Shown here piece after piece: positions 12,282 to 26,600 of a stretch of 64,000 bases of DNA; within the stretch, counting starts at the first letter, position 1, and each line of letters opens with the position of its first letter. The notes beneath the pieces were generated by a model that was given only the letters and a program-made list of their open reading frames with translations, was not told the DNA's origin and did no database searches. The stretch comes from Eledone cirrhosa (taxonomy: Eukaryota), in assembly GCA_964016885.1 (NCBI GenBank), contig CAXHJY010000096.1, positions 2,852,001 through 2,916,000 on the forward strand. Direction: 5' to 3'. The position numbers and the translations under genes were made by a program.

Positions 12282-13277
12282 CAGGGGTAGATAATTTGTA
12301 AAAAAAAATCAGGGGGAGATAATTTGTAAAAAAAAATCAGGGGGAGATAATTTGTAAAAAAAATCAAGGGGAGATAATTTCCAGCCGTCCAAGGGGAGAT
12401 AATTTTCAGCCGTCCAAGGAGAGGTAATTTCTAGCCGTCCAAGGGGAGATAATTTCCAGCCGTCCAAGGGGAGGTAATTTCCAGCCGTCCAAGGGGAGAT
12501 AATTTTAAAAAAAAAATCAGGCGGAGATAATTTGTAAAAAAAATCAAGGGGAGATAATTTGCAGCCGTCCAAGGGGAGATAATTTTCAGTCGTCCAAGGA
12601 GAGGTAATTTCTAGCCGTCCAAGGGGAGATAATTGCCAGCCGTCCAAGGGGAGATAATTTCCAGCCGTCCAAGGGGAGATAATTTTTTTTAAAAAATCAG
12701 GCGGAGATAATTTGTAAAAAAAATCAGGGGGAGATAATTTGTAAACAAAATCAGGGGGAGATAATTTGTAAAAAAAAATCAGGGGTAGATAATTTGTAAA
12801 AAAAAATCAGGGGGAGATAATTTGTAAAAAAAAATCAGGGGGAGATAATTTGTAAAAAAAATCAAGGGGAGATAATTTCCAGCCGTCCAAGGGGAGATAA
12901 TTTTCAGCCGTCCAAGGAGAGGTAATTTCTAGCCGTCCAAGGGGAGATAATTTCCAGCCGTCCAAGGGGAGGTAATTTCCAGCCGTCCAAGGGGAGATAA
13001 TTTAAAAAAAAAAATCAGGCGGAGATAATTTGTAAAAAAAATCAAGGGGAGATAATTTGCAGCCGTCCAAGGGGAGATAATTTTCAGTCGTCCAAGGAGA
13101 GGTAATTTCTAGCCGTCCAAGGGGAGATAATTGCCAGCCGTCCAAGGGGAGATAATTTCCAGCCGTCCAAGGGGAGATAATTTTTTTTAAAAAATCAGGC
13201 GGAGATAATTTGTAAAAAAAATCATTGGGAGATAATTTGTAAACAAAATCAGGGGGAGATAATTTGTAAAAAAAAAT
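12282..13277 (+). repeat. 498-bp tandem duplication
   Basis: CAGGGGTAGAT at 12282/12780, A-tract start at 12381/12879 and TTGCCAGCC at 12633/13131 are all offset by 498. Confidence 0.9.
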
Positions 13278-16200
13278 CAGGGGGAGATAATTTGTAAAAA
13301 AAATCATGGAGAGATAATTTCCAGCCGTCCAAGGGGAGATAATTTCCAGCCTTCCAAGGAGACATATTTTCCAGCCGTCCAAGGCGAGGTAATTTCTAGC
13401 CGTCCAAGGGGAGATAAATTCCAGCCTCCAAGGGGAGATAATTTCCAGCCAGCCAAGTGGAGATAATTTGTAAAAAAATCAGGGGGAGATAATTTGTAAA
13501 AAATATCAGGGAGATAATTTGTAAAAAAAAATCAGGGGGAGATAATTTGTAAAAAAAATCAGGGGGAGATAATTTGTAAAAAAAAATCAGGGGGAGATAA
13601 TTTGTAAAAAAAATCAAGGGGAGATAATTTCCAGCCGTCCAAGGGGAGATAATTTTCAGCCGTCCAAGGGGAGATAATTTCCCGCCAGCCAAGGGAAGAT
13701 AATATTTAAAAAAATCAGGCGGAGATAATTTGTAAAAAAAATCAGGGGGAGATAATTTGTAAAAAAATCAGGGGGAGATAATTTGTAAAAAAAAAATCAG
13801 GGGGAGATAATTTGTAAAAAAAATCAGGGGGAGATAATTTGTAAAAAAAAATCAGGGGTAGATAATTTGTAAACAAATATCAGGGGGAGATAATTTGTAA
13901 AAAAAAATCAGGGGGAGATAATTTGTAAAAAAAATGAAAGGGGAGATAATATCCAGCCGTCCAAGGGGAGATAATTTCCAGCCGTCCAAGGGGATATAAT
14001 TTCCAGCCGTCCAAGGGGAGATAATTTCCATCCTTCCAAGGGGATATAATTTCCAGCCGTCCAAGGGGAGATAATTTCCCGCCAGCCAAGGGAAGATAAT
14101 TTTTAAAAAAATCAGGCGGAGATTGTAAAAAAAATCAGGGGGGAGATAATTTGTAAAAAAATCAGGGGGAGATAATTTGTAAAAAATAATCAGGGGGAGA
14201 TAATTTGTAAAAAAATTCAAGGGGAGATAATTTCCAGCCGTCCAAGGGGAGATAATTTCCCGCCAGCCAAGGGAAGATAATATTTAAAAAAATCAGGCGG
14301 AGATTGTAAAAAAAATCAGGGGGGAGATAATTTGTAAAAAAATCAGGGGGAGATAATTTGTAAAAAAAATCAGGGGGAGATAATTTGTAAAAAAATCAGG
14401 GGGAGATAATTTGTAAAAAAAATCAGGGGGAGATAATTTGTAAAAAAAATCATGGGGAGATAATTTGTAAAAAGAAATCAGGGGTAGATAATTTGTAAAA
14501 AAAAATCAGGGGGAGATAATTTGTAAAAAAAAATCAGGGGGAGATAATTTGTAAAAAAAATCAAGGGGAGATAATATCCAGCCGTCCAAGGAGAGATAAT
14601 TTTAAAAAAAAATGAGGCGGAGATAATTTGTAAAAAAAAAATCAGGGGGAGTTAATTTGTAAAAAAAAATGAGGGGGAGATAATTTGTAAAAAAAATCAA
14701 GGGGAGATAATTTCCAGCCGTCCAAGGGGAGATAATTTTCAGCCGTCCAAGGAGAGGTAATTTCTAGCCGTCCAAGGGGAGATAATTTCCAGCCGTCCAA
14801 GGGGAGGTAATTTCCAGCCGTCCAAGGGGAGATAATTTAAAAAAAAAAATCAGGCGGAGATAATTTGTAAAAAAAATCAAGGGGAGATAATTTGCAGCCG
14901 TCCAAGGGGAGATAATTTTCAGTCGTCCAAGGAGAGGTAATTTCTAGCCGTCCAAGGGGAGATAATTTCCAGCCGTCCAAGGGGAGATAATTTCCAGCCG
15001 TCCAAGGGGAGATAATTTTTTTTAAAAAATCAGGCGGAGATAATTTGTAAAAAAAATCAGGGGGAGATAATTTGTAAACAAAATCAGGGGGAGATAATTT
15101 GTAAAAAAAAATCAGGGGGAGATAATTTGTAAAAAAAATTAGGCGTAGATAATTTGTAAAAAAAAATCAGGGGGAGATAATTTGTAAAAAAAAATCAGGC
15201 GGAGATAATTTGTTTAAAAAATCAAGGGGAGATAATTTGCAGCCGTCCAAGGGGAGATAATTTTCAGCCGTCCAAGGAGAGGTAATTTCTAGCCGTTCAA
15301 GGGGAGATAATTTCCAGCCGTCCAAGGGGAGATAATTTCCAGCCGTCCAAGGGGAGATAATTTTTTTTTAAAAATCAGGCGGAGATAATTTGTAAAAAAA
15401 AATCAGGGGGAGATAATTCGTAAAAAAAAATCAGGGGGAGATAATTTGTAAAAAAAAATCAGGGGGAGATAATTTGTAAAAAAAATCAAGGGGAGATAAT
15501 TTCCAGCCGTCCAAGGGGAGGTAATATCTAGCCGTCCAAGGGGAGATAATTTCCAGCCGTCCAAGGGGAGATAATTTCCAGCCGTCCAAGGGGAGATAAT
15601 TTCCAGCCGTCCAAGGAGACATATTTTCCAGCCGTCCAAGGCGAGGTAATTTCTAGCCGTCCAAGGGGAGATAAATTCCAGCCTCCAAGGGGAGATAATT
15701 TCCAGCCAGCCAAGGGGAGATAATTTGTAAAAAAATCAGGGGGAGATAATTTGTAAAAAATATCAGGGAGATAATTTGTAAAAAAAAATCAGGGGGAGAT
15801 AATTTGTAAAAAAAATCAGGGGGAGATAATTTGTAAAAAAAAATCAGGGGGAGATAATTTGTAAAAAAAATCAAGGGGAGATAATTTCCAGCCGTCCAAG
15901 GGGAGATAATTTTCAGCCGTCCAAAGAGAGGTAATTTCTAACCGTCCGAGGAGAGATAATTTCCAGCCGTCCAAGGGGAGATAATTTCCAGCCGTCCAAG
16001 GGGAGATAATTTCCAGCCGTCCAAGGAGACATATTTTCCAGCCGTCCAAGGAGAGGTAATTTCTAGCCGTCCAAGGGGAGATAAATTCCAGCCTCCAAGG
16101 GGAGATAATTTCCAGCCAGCCAAATGGAGATAATTTGTAAAAAAATCAGGGGGAGATAATTTGCAAAAAAAATCAGGGGGAGATAATTTGTAAAAAATAA

Positions 16201-19200
16201 TCAGGGGGAGATAATTTCCAGCCGTCCAAGGGGAGATAATTTAAAAAAAAATCAGGCGGAGATAATTTGTAAAAAAAAATCAGGGGGAGATAATTTGTAA
16301 AAAAAAATCAGGGGGAGATAATTTGTAAAAAAAATCAAGGGGAGATAATTTCCAGCCGTCCAAGGGAAGATAATTTCCAGCCCTCCAAGGGGCTATAATT
16401 TCCAGTGTCCAAGGGGAGATAATTTCCAGCCAGCGAAGGGGAGATAATTTTTTTTAAAAAATCATTGGGAGATTTGTAAAAAAAATCAGGGGGAGATAAT
16501 TTGTAAAAAAAATCAAGGGGAGATAATTTCCAGCCGTCCAAGGGGAGGTAATATCTAGCCGTCCAAGGGGAGATAATTTCCAGCCGTCCAAGGGGAGATA
16601 ATTTCCAGCCGTCCCAGGGTAGATAATATCCAGCCGCCCAAGGACATATTTTCCAGCCGTCCAAGGAGAGGTAATTTCTAGCCGTCCAAGGGGAGATAAA
16701 TTCCAGCCTCCAAGGGGAGATAATTTCCAGCCAGCCAAGGGGAGATAATTTGTAAAAAAATCAGGGGGAGATAATTTGTAAAAAAAATCAGGGGGAGATA
16801 ATTTGTAAAAAAAAATCAGGGGGAGATAATTTGTAAAAAAAAATCAGGGGGAGATAATTTGCAAAAAAAATCAGGGGGAGATAATTTGTAAAAAAAAATC
16901 AGGGGTAGATAATTTGTAAAAAAAAATCAGGGGGAGATAATTTGTAAAAAAAAATCAGGGGGAGATAATTTGTAAAAAAAATCAAGGGGAGATAATTTCC
17001 AGCCGTCCAAGGAGAGATAATTTTAAAAAAAATCAGGCGGAGATAATTTGTAAAAAAAAATCAGGGGGAGATAATTTGTAAAAAAAATCAGGGGGAGATA
17101 ATTTGTAAAAAAAAATCAGGGGTAGATAATTTGTAAAAAAAATCAGGGGGAGATAATTTGTAAAAAAAAATCAGGGGGAGATAATTTGTAAAAAAAATCA
17201 AGGGGAGATAATTTCCAGCCGTCCAAGGAGAGATAATTTTAAAAAAAATCAGGCGGAGATAATTTGTAAAAAAAAATTAGGGGGAGATAATTTGTAAAAA
17301 AAAATCAGGGGGAGATAATTTGTAAAAAAAATCAAGGGGAGATAATTTCCAGCCGTCCAAGGGGAGATAATTTTCAGCCGTCCAAGGGGAGGTAATTTCC
17401 CGCCAGCCAAGGGAAGATAATATTCAAAAAAATCAGGCGGAGATAATTTGTAAAAAAAATCAGGGGGAGATAATTTGTAAAAAAATCAGGGGGAGATAAT
17501 TTGTAAAAAAAAAAATCAGGGGGAGATAATTTGTAAAAAAAATCAGGGGGAGATAATTTGTAAAAAAAAATCAGGGGTAGATAATTTGTAAAAAAAAATC
17601 AGGGGGAGATAATTTGTAAAAAAAAATCAGGGGGAGATAATTTGTAAAAAAAATGAAAGGGGAGATAATATCCAGCCGTCCAAGGGGAGATAATTTCCAG
17701 CCGTCCAAGGGGAGATAATTTCCAGCCGTCCAAGGGGAGATAATTTCCATCCTTCCAAGGGGATATAATTTCCAGCCGTCCAAGGGGAGATAATTTCCAT
17801 CCTTCCACGGGGATATAATTTCCAGCCGTCCAAGGGGAGATAATTTTCAGCCGTCCAAGGAGAGGTAATTTCTAGCCGTCCAAGGAGAGATAATTTCCAG
17901 CCGTCCAAGGGGAGATAATTTCCAGCCGTCCAAGGGGAGATAATTTCCAGCCGTCCAAGGAGACATATTTTCCAGCCGTCCAAGGAGAGGTAATTCCTAG
18001 CCGTCCAAGGGGAGATAAATTCCAGCCTCCAAGGGGAGATAATTTGTAAAAAAAAATCAGGGGGAGATAATTTGTAAAAAATAATCAGGGGGAGATAATT
18101 TGTAAAAAAAATCAAGGGGAGATAATTTCCAGCCGTCCAAGGGGAGATAATTTTCAGCCGTCCAAGGGGAGATAATTTCCCGCCAGCCAAGGGAAGATAA
18201 TATTTAAAAAAATTAGGCGGAGATAATTTGTAAAAAAAATCAGGGGGAGATAATTTGTAAAAAAATCAGGGGGAGATAATTTGTAAAAAAAATCAGGGGG
18301 AGATAATTTGTAAAAAAAATCAGGGGGAGATAATTTGTAAAAAAAAATCAGGGGGAGATAATTTGTAAAAAAAATCAAGGGGAGATAATTTCCAGCCGTC
18401 CAAGGGAAGATAATTTCCAGCCCTCCAAGGGGCTATAATTTCCAGCGTCCAAGGGGAGATAATTTCCAGCCAGCGAAGGGGAGATAATTTTTTTTAAAAA
18501 ATCATTGGGAGATTTGTAAAAAAAATCAGGGGGAGATAATTTGTAAAAAAAATCAAGGGGAGATAATTTCCAGCCGTCCAAGGGGAGGTAATATCTAGCC
18601 GTCCAAGGGGAGATAATTTCCAGCCGTCCAAGGGGAGATAATTTCCAGCCGTCCAAGGGTAGATAATATCCAGCCGTCCAAGGACATATTTTCCAGCCGT
18701 CCAAGGAGAGGTAATTTCTAGCCGTCCAAGGGGAGATAAATTCCAGCCTCCAAGGTGAGATAATTTCCAGCCAGCCAAGGGGAGATAATTTGTAAAAAAA
18801 TCAGGGGGAGATAATTTGTAAAAAAAATCAGGGGGAGATAATTTGTAAAAAAAAATCAGGGGGAGATAATTTGTAAAAAAAAATCAGGGGGAGATAATTT
18901 GTAAAAAAAAATCAGGGGGAGATAATTTGTAAAAAAATCAAGGGGAGATAATTTCCAGCCGTCCAAGGGGAGATAATTTTCAGCCGTCCAAGGGGAGATA
19001 ATTTCCCGCCAGCCAAGGGAAGATAATATTTGAAAAAATCAGGCGGAGATAATTTGTAAAAAAAATCAGGGGGAGATAATTTGTAAAAAAATCAGGGGGA
19101 GATAATTTGTAAAAAAAAAATCAGGGGGAGATAATTTGTAAAAAGAATCAGGGGGAGATAATTTGTAAAAAAAAATCAGGGGTAGATAAATTGTAAAAAA

Positions 19201-22200
19201 AAATCAGGGGGAGATAATTTGTAAAAAAAATCAGGGGGAGATAATTTGTAAAAAAAATGAAAGGGGAGATAATATCCAGCCGTCCAAGGGGAGATAATTT
19301 CCAGCCGTCCAAGGGGAGATAATTTCCAGCCGTCCAAGGGGAGATAATTTCCATCCTTCCAAGGGGATATAATTTCCAGCCGTCCAAGGGGAGATAATTT
19401 CCCGCCAGCCAAGGGAAGATAATTTTTAAAAAAATCAGGCGGAGATTGTAAAAAAAATCAGGGGGGAGATAATTTGTAAAAAAATCAGGGGGAGATAATT
19501 TGTAAAAAAAAATCAGGGGGAGATAATTTGTAAAAAATAATCAGGGGGAGATAATTTGTAAAAAAAAATCAAGGGGAGATAATTTCCAGCCGTCCAAGGG
19601 GAGATAATTTCCCGCCAGCCAAGGTAAGATAATATTTAAAAAAATTAGGCGGAGATAATTTGTAAAAAAAATCAGGGGGAGATAATTTGTAAAAAAATCA
19701 GGGGGAGATAATTTGTAAAAAAAATCAGGGGGAGATAATTTGTAAAAAAATTCATGGGGAGATAATTTGTAAAAAAAAATCAGGGGTAGATAATTTGTAA
19801 AAAAAAATCAGGGGGAGATAATTTGTAAAAAAAAATCAGGGGGAGATAATTTGTAAAAAAAATCAAGGGGAGATAATTTCCAGCCGTCCAAGGGGAGATA
19901 ATTTTCAGCCGTCCAAGGAGAGGTAATTTCTAGCCGTCCAAGGGGAGATAATTTCCAGCCGTCCAAGGGGAGGTAATTTCCAGCCGTCCAAGGGGAGATA
20001 ATTTTTAAAAAAAAATCAGGCGGAGATAATTTGTAAAAAAAATCAAGGGGAGATAATTTGCAGCCGTCCAAGGGGAGATAATTTTCAGTCGTCCAAGGAG
20101 AGGTAATTTCTAGCCGTCCAAGGGGAGATAATTGCCAGCCGTCCAAGGGGAGATAATTTCCAGCCGTCCAAGGGGAGATAATTTTTTTTAAAAAATCAGG
20201 CGGAGATAATTTGTAAAAAAAATCAGGGGGAGATAATTTGTAAACAAAATCAGGGGGAGATAATTTGTAAAAAAAAATCAGGGGGAGATAATTTGTAAAA
20301 AAAATCATGGAGAGATAATTTCCAGCCGTCCAAGGTGAGATAATTTCCAGCCGTCCAAGGAGACATATTTTCCAGCCGTCCAAGGCGAGGTAATTTCTAG
20401 CCGTCCAAGGGGAGATAAATTCCAGCCTCCAAGGGGAGATAATTTCCAGCTAGCCAAGTGGAGATAATTTGTAAAAAAATCAGGGGGAGATAATTTGTAA
20501 AAAATATCAGGGAGATAATTTGTAAAAAAAAATCAGGGGGAGATAATTTGTAAAAAAAATCAGGGGGAGATAATTTGTAAAAAAAAATCAGGGGGAGATA
20601 ATTTGTAAAAAAAATCAAGGGGAGATAATTTCCAGCCGTCCAAGAGGAGATAATTTTCAGCCGTCCAAGGGGAGATAATTTCCCGCCAGCCAAGGGAAGA
20701 TAATATTTAAAAAAATCAGGCGGAGATAATTTGTAAAAAAAATCAGGGGGAGATAATTTGTAAAAAAATCAGGGGGAGATAATTTGTAAAAAAAAAATCA
20801 GGGGGAGATAATTTGTAAAAAAAATCAGGGGGAGATAATTTGTAAAAAAAAATCAGGGATAGATAATTTGTAAACAAAAATCAGGGGGAGATAATTTGTA
20901 AAAAAAAATCAGGGGGAGATAATTTGTAAAAAAAATGAAAGGGGAGATAATATCCAGCCGTCCAAGGGGAGATAATTTCCAGCCGTCCAAGGGGATATAA
21001 TTTCCAGCCGTCCAAGGGGAGATAATTTCCATCCTTCCAAGGGGATATAATTTCCAGCCGTCCAAGGGGAGATAATTTCCCGCCAGCCAAGGGAAGATAA
21101 TTTTTAAAAAAATCAGGCGGAGATTGTAAAAAAAATCAGGGGGGAGATAATTTGTAAAAAAATCAGGGGGAGATAATTTGTAAAAAATAATCAGGGGGAG
21201 ATAATTTGTAAAAAAATTCAAGGGGAGATAATTTCCAGCCGTCCAAGGGGAGATAATTTCCCGCCAGCCAAGGGAAGATAATATTTAAAAAAATTAGGCG
21301 GAGATAATTTGTAAAAAAATCAGGGGGAGATAATTTGTAAAAAAAATCAGGGGGAGATAATTTGTAAAAAAAATCATGGGGAGATAATTTGTAAAAAAAA
21401 ATCAGGAGTAGATAATTTGTAAAAAAAAATCAGGGGGAGATAATTTGTAAAAAAAAATCAGGGGGAGATAATTTGTAAAAGAAATCAAGGGGAGATAATA
21501 TCCAGCCGTCCAAGGAGAGATAATTTAAAAAAAAAATGAGGCGGAGATAATTTGTAAAAAAAAAATCAGGGGGAGTTAATTTGTAAAAAAAAATGAGGGG
21601 GAGATAATTTGTAAAAAAAATCAAGGGGAGATAATTTCCAGCCGTCCAAGGGGAGATAATTTTCAGCCGTCCAAGGAGAGGTAATTTCTAGCCGTCCAAG
21701 GGAGATAATTTCCAGCCGTCCAAGGGGAGGTAATTTCCAGCCGTCCAAGGGGAGATAATTTTAAAAAAAAAATCAGGCGGAGATAATTTGTAAAAAAAAT
21801 CAAGGGGAGATAATTTGCAGCCGTCCAAGGGGAGATAATTTTCAGTCGTCCAAGGAGAGGTAATTTCTAGCCGTCCAAGGGGAGATAATTTCCAGCCGTC
21901 CAAGGGGAGATAATTTCCAGCCGTCCAAGGGGAGATAATTTTTTTTAAAAAATCAGGCGGAGATAATTTGTAAAAAAAATCAGGGGGAGATAATTTGTAA
22001 ACAAAATCAGGGGGAGATAATTTGTAAAAAAAAATCAGGGGGAGATAATTTGTAAAAAAAATTAGGCGTAGATAATTTGTAAAAAAAAATCAGGGGGAGA
22101 TAATTTGTAAAAAAAAATCAGGGGGAGATAATTTGTTTAAAAAATCAAGGGGAGATAATTTGCAGCCGTCCAAGGGGAGATAATTTTCAGCCGTCCAAGG

Positions 22201-23350
22201 AGAGGTAATTTCTAGCCGTTCAAGGGGAGATAATTTCCAGCCGTCCAAGGGGAGATAATTTCCAGCCGTCCAAGGGGAGATAATTTTTTTTTAAAAATCA
22301 GGCGGAGATAATTTGTAAAAAAAAATCAGGGGGAGATAATTCGTAAAAAAAAATCAGGGGGAGATAATTTGTAAAAAAAAATCAGGGGGAGATAATTTGT
22401 AAAAAAAATCAAGGGGAGATAATTTCCAGCCGTCCAAGGGGAGGTAATATCTAGCCGTCCAAGGGGAGATAATTTCCAGCCGTCCAAGGGGAGATAATTT
22501 CCAGCCGTCCAAGGGGAGATAATTTCCAGCCGTCCAAGGAGACATATTTTCCAGCCGTCCAAGGCGAGGTAATTTCTAGCCGTCCAAGGGGAGATTAATT
22601 CCAGCCTCCAAGGGGAGATAATTTCCAGCCAGCCAAGGGGAGATAATTTGTAAAAAAATCAGGGGGAGATAATTTGTAAAAAATATCAGGGAGATAATTT
22701 GTAAAAAAAAATCAGGGGGAGATAATTTGTAAAAAAAATCAGGGGGAGATAATTTGTAAAAAAAAATCAGGGGGAGATAATTTGTAAAAAAAATCAAGGG
22801 GAGATAATTTCCAGCCGTCCAAGGGGAGATAATTTTCAGCCGTCCAAGGAGAGGTAATTTCTAATCCGTCCGAGGAGAGATAATTTCCAGCCGTCCAAGG
22901 GGAGATAATTTCCAGCCGTCCAAGGGGAGATAATTTCCAGCCGTCCAAGGAGACATATTTTCCAGCCGTCCAAGGAGAGGTAATTTCTAGCCGTCCAAGG
23001 GGAGATAAATTCCAGCCTCCAAGGGGAGATAATTTCCAGCCAGCCAAGGGGAGATAATTTGTAAAAAAATCAGGGGGAGATAATTTGCAAAAAAAATCAG
23101 GGGGAGATAATTTGTAAAAAAAATCAGGGGGAGATAATTTGTAAAAAATAATCAGGGGGAGATAATTTCCAGCCGTCCAAGGGAAGATAATTTCCAGCCC
23201 TCCAAGGGGCTATAATTTCCAGTGTCCAAGGGGAGATAATTTCCAGCCAGCGAAGGGGAGATAATTTTTTTTAAAAAATCATTGGGAGATTTGTAAAAAA
23301 AATCAGGGGGAGATAATTTGTAAAAAAAATCAAGGGGAGATAATTTCCAG
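12780..23350 (+). repeat. ~6.9-7.0-kb higher-order repeat
   Basis: Landmarks 13382/20383, 13396/20397 and 13852/20853 (7001); 15403/22326 and 15653/22576 (6923). The rare CCGTCCGAGG variant occurs at ~15945 and ~22870. Confidence 0.85.
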
Positions 23351-23639
23351 CCGTCCAAGGGGAGGTAATATCTAGCCGTCCAAGGGTAGATAATTTCCAG
23401 CCGTCCAACGGGAGATAATTTCCAGCCGTCCAAGGGTAGATAATATCCAGCCGCCCAAGGACATATTTTCCAGCCGTCCAAGGAGAGGTAATTTCTAGCC
23501 GTCCAAGGGGAGATAATTTCCAGCCGTCCAAGGGTAGATAATATCCAGCCGTCCAAGGACATATTTTCCAGCCGTCCAAGGAGAGGTAATTTCTAGCCGT
23601 CCAAGGGGAGATAAATTCCAGCCTCCAAGGGGAGATAAT

Positions 23640-26600
23640 TTCCAGCCAGCCAAGGGGAGATAATTTGTAAAAAAATCAGGGGGAGATAATTTGTAAAAAA
23701 AATCAGGGGGAGATAATTTGTAAAAAAAAATCAGGGGGAGATAATTTGTAAAAAAAAATCAGGGTGAGATAATTTGCAAAAAAAATCAGGGGGAGATAAT
23801 TTGTAAAAAAAAATCAGGGGTAGATAATTTGTAAAAAAAAATCAGGGGGAGATAATTTGTAAAAAAAAATCAGGGGGAGATAATTTGTAAAAAAAATCAA
23901 GGGGAGATAATTTCCAGCCGTCCAAGGAGAGATAATTTAAAAAAAAATCAGGCGGAGATAATTTGTAAAAAAAAATCAGGGGGAGATAATTTGTAAAAAA
24001 AATCAGGGGGAGATAATTTGTAAAAAAAAATCAGGGGTAGATAATTTGTAAAAAAAAATCAGGGGGAGATAATTTGTAAAAAAAAATCAGGAGGAGATAA
24101 TTTGTAAAAAAAATCAAGGGGAGATAATTTCCAGCCGTCCAAGGAGAGATAATTTAAAAAAAAATCAGGCGGAGATAATTTGTAAAAAAAAATCAGGGGG
24201 AGATAATTTGTAAAAAAAAATCAGGGGGAGATAATTTGTAAAAAAAATCAAGGGGAGATAATTTCCAGCCGTCCAAGGGGAGATAATTTTCAGCCGTCCA
24301 AGGGGAGATAATTTCCAGCCAGCGAAGGGGAGATAATTTTTTTTAAAAAATCATTGGGAGATTTGTAAAAAAAATCAGGGGGAGATAATTTGTAAAAAAA
24401 ATCAAGGGGAGATAATTTCCAGCCGTCCAAGGGGAGGTAATATCTAGCCGTCCAAGGGGAGATAATTTCCAGCCGTCCAAGGGGAGATAATTTCCAGCCG
24501 TCCCAGGGTAGATAATATCCAGCCGCCCAAGGACATATTTTCCAGCCGTCCAAGGAGAGGTAATTTCTAGCCGTCCAAGGGGAGATAAATTCCAGCCTCC
24601 AAGGGGAGATAATTTCCAGCCAGCCAAGGGGAGATAATTTGTAAAAAAATCAGGGGGAGATAATTTGTAAAAAAAATCAGGGGGAGATAATTTGTAAAAA
24701 AAAATCAGGGGGAGATAATTTGTAAAAAAAAATCAGGGGGAGATAATTTGCAAAAAAAATCAGGGGGAGATAATTTGTAAAAAAAAATCAGGGGTAGATA
24801 ATTTGTAAAAAAAAATCAGGGGGAGATAATTTGTAAAAAAAAATCAGGGGGAGATAATTTGTAAAAAAAATCAAGGGGAGATAATTTCCAGCCGTCCAAG
24901 GAGAGATAATTTAAAAAAAAATCAGGCGGAGATAATTTGTAAAAAAAAATCAGGGGGAGATAATTTGTAAAAAAAATCAGGGGGAGATAATTTGTAAAAA
25001 AAAATCAGGGGTAGATAATTTGTAAAAAAAAATCAGGGGGAGATAATTTGTAAAAAAAAATCAGGGGGAGATAATTTGTAAAAAAAATCAAGGGGAGATA
25101 ATTTCCAGCCGTCCAAGGAGAGATAATTTTAAAAAAAATCAGGCGGAGATAATTTGTAAAAAAAAATTAGGGGGAGATAATTTGTAAAAAAAAATCAGGG
25201 GGAGATAATTTGTAAAAAAAATCAAGGGGAGATAATTTCCAGCCGTCCAAGGGGAGATAATTTTCAGCCGTCCAAGGGGAGATAATTTCCCGCCAGCCAA
25301 GGGAAGATAATATTCAAAAAAATCAGGCGGAGATAATTTGTAAAAAAAATCAGGGGGAGATAATTTGTAAAAAAATCAGGGGGAGATAATTTGTAAAAAA
25401 AAAAATCAGGGGGAGATAATTTGTAAAAAAAATCAGGGGGAGATAATTTGTAAAAAAAAATCAGGGGTAGATAATTTGTAAAAAAAAATCAGGGGGAGAT
25501 AATTTGTAAAAAAAAATCAGGGGGAGATAATTTGTAAAAAAAATGAAAGGGGAGATAATATCCAGCCGTCCAAGGGGAGATAATTTCCAGCCGTCCAAGG
25601 GGAGATAATTTCCAGCCCTCCAAGGGGAGATAATTTCCATCCTTCCAAGGGGATATAATTTCCAGCCGTCCAAGGGGAGATAATTTCCATCCTTCCAAGG
25701 GGATATAATTTCCAGCCGTCCAAGGGGAGATAATTTTCAGCCGTCCAAGGAGAGGTAATTTCTAGCCGTCCAAGGAGAGATAATTTCCAGCCGTCCAAGG
25801 GGAGATAATTTCCAGCCGTCCAAGGGGAGATAATTTCCAGCCGTCCAAGGAGACATATTTTCCAGCCGTCCAAGGAGAGGTAATTCCTAGCCGTCCAAGG
25901 GGAGATAAATTCCAGCCTCCAAGGGGAGATAATTTCCAGCCAGCCAAGGGGAGATAATTTGTAAAAAAAATCAGGGGGAGATAATTTGTAAAAAAAATCA
26001 GGGGGAGATAATTTGTAAAAAAAAATCAGGGGGAGATAATTTGTAAAAAATAATCAGGGGGAGATAATTTGTAAAAAAAATCAAGGGGAGATAATTTCCA
26101 GCCGTCCAAGGGGAGATAATTTTCAGCCGTCCAAGGGGAGATAATTTCCCGCCAGCCAAGGGAAGATAATATTTAAAAAAATTAGGCGGAGATAATTTGT
26201 AAAAAAAATCAGGGGGAGATAATTTGTAAAAAAAAATCAGGGGGAGATAATTTGTAAAAAAAATCAAGGGGAGATAATTTCCAGCCGTCCAAGGGAAGAT
26301 AATTTCCAGCCCTCCAAGGGGCTATAATTTCCAGCGTCCAAGGGGAGATAATTTCCAGCCAGCGAAGGGGAGATAATTTTTTTTTAAAAATCATTGGGAG
26401 ATTTGTAAAAAAAATCAGGGGGAGATAATTTGTAAAAAAAATCAAGGGGAGATAATTTCCAGCCGTCCAAGGGGAGGTAATATCTAGCCGTCCAAGGGGA
26501 GATAATTTCCAGCCGTCCAAGGGGAGATAATTTCCAGCCGTCCAAGGGTAGATAATATCCAGCCGTCCAAGGACATATTTTCCAGCCGTCCAAGGAGAGG

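Noticed and set aside
19808-20383. LRR-like or membrane-protein appearance of the longer 190-aa ORFs
   Set aside because: The 25-aa periodicity is simply three 25-bp monomers, and the Phe runs are translated A tracts.
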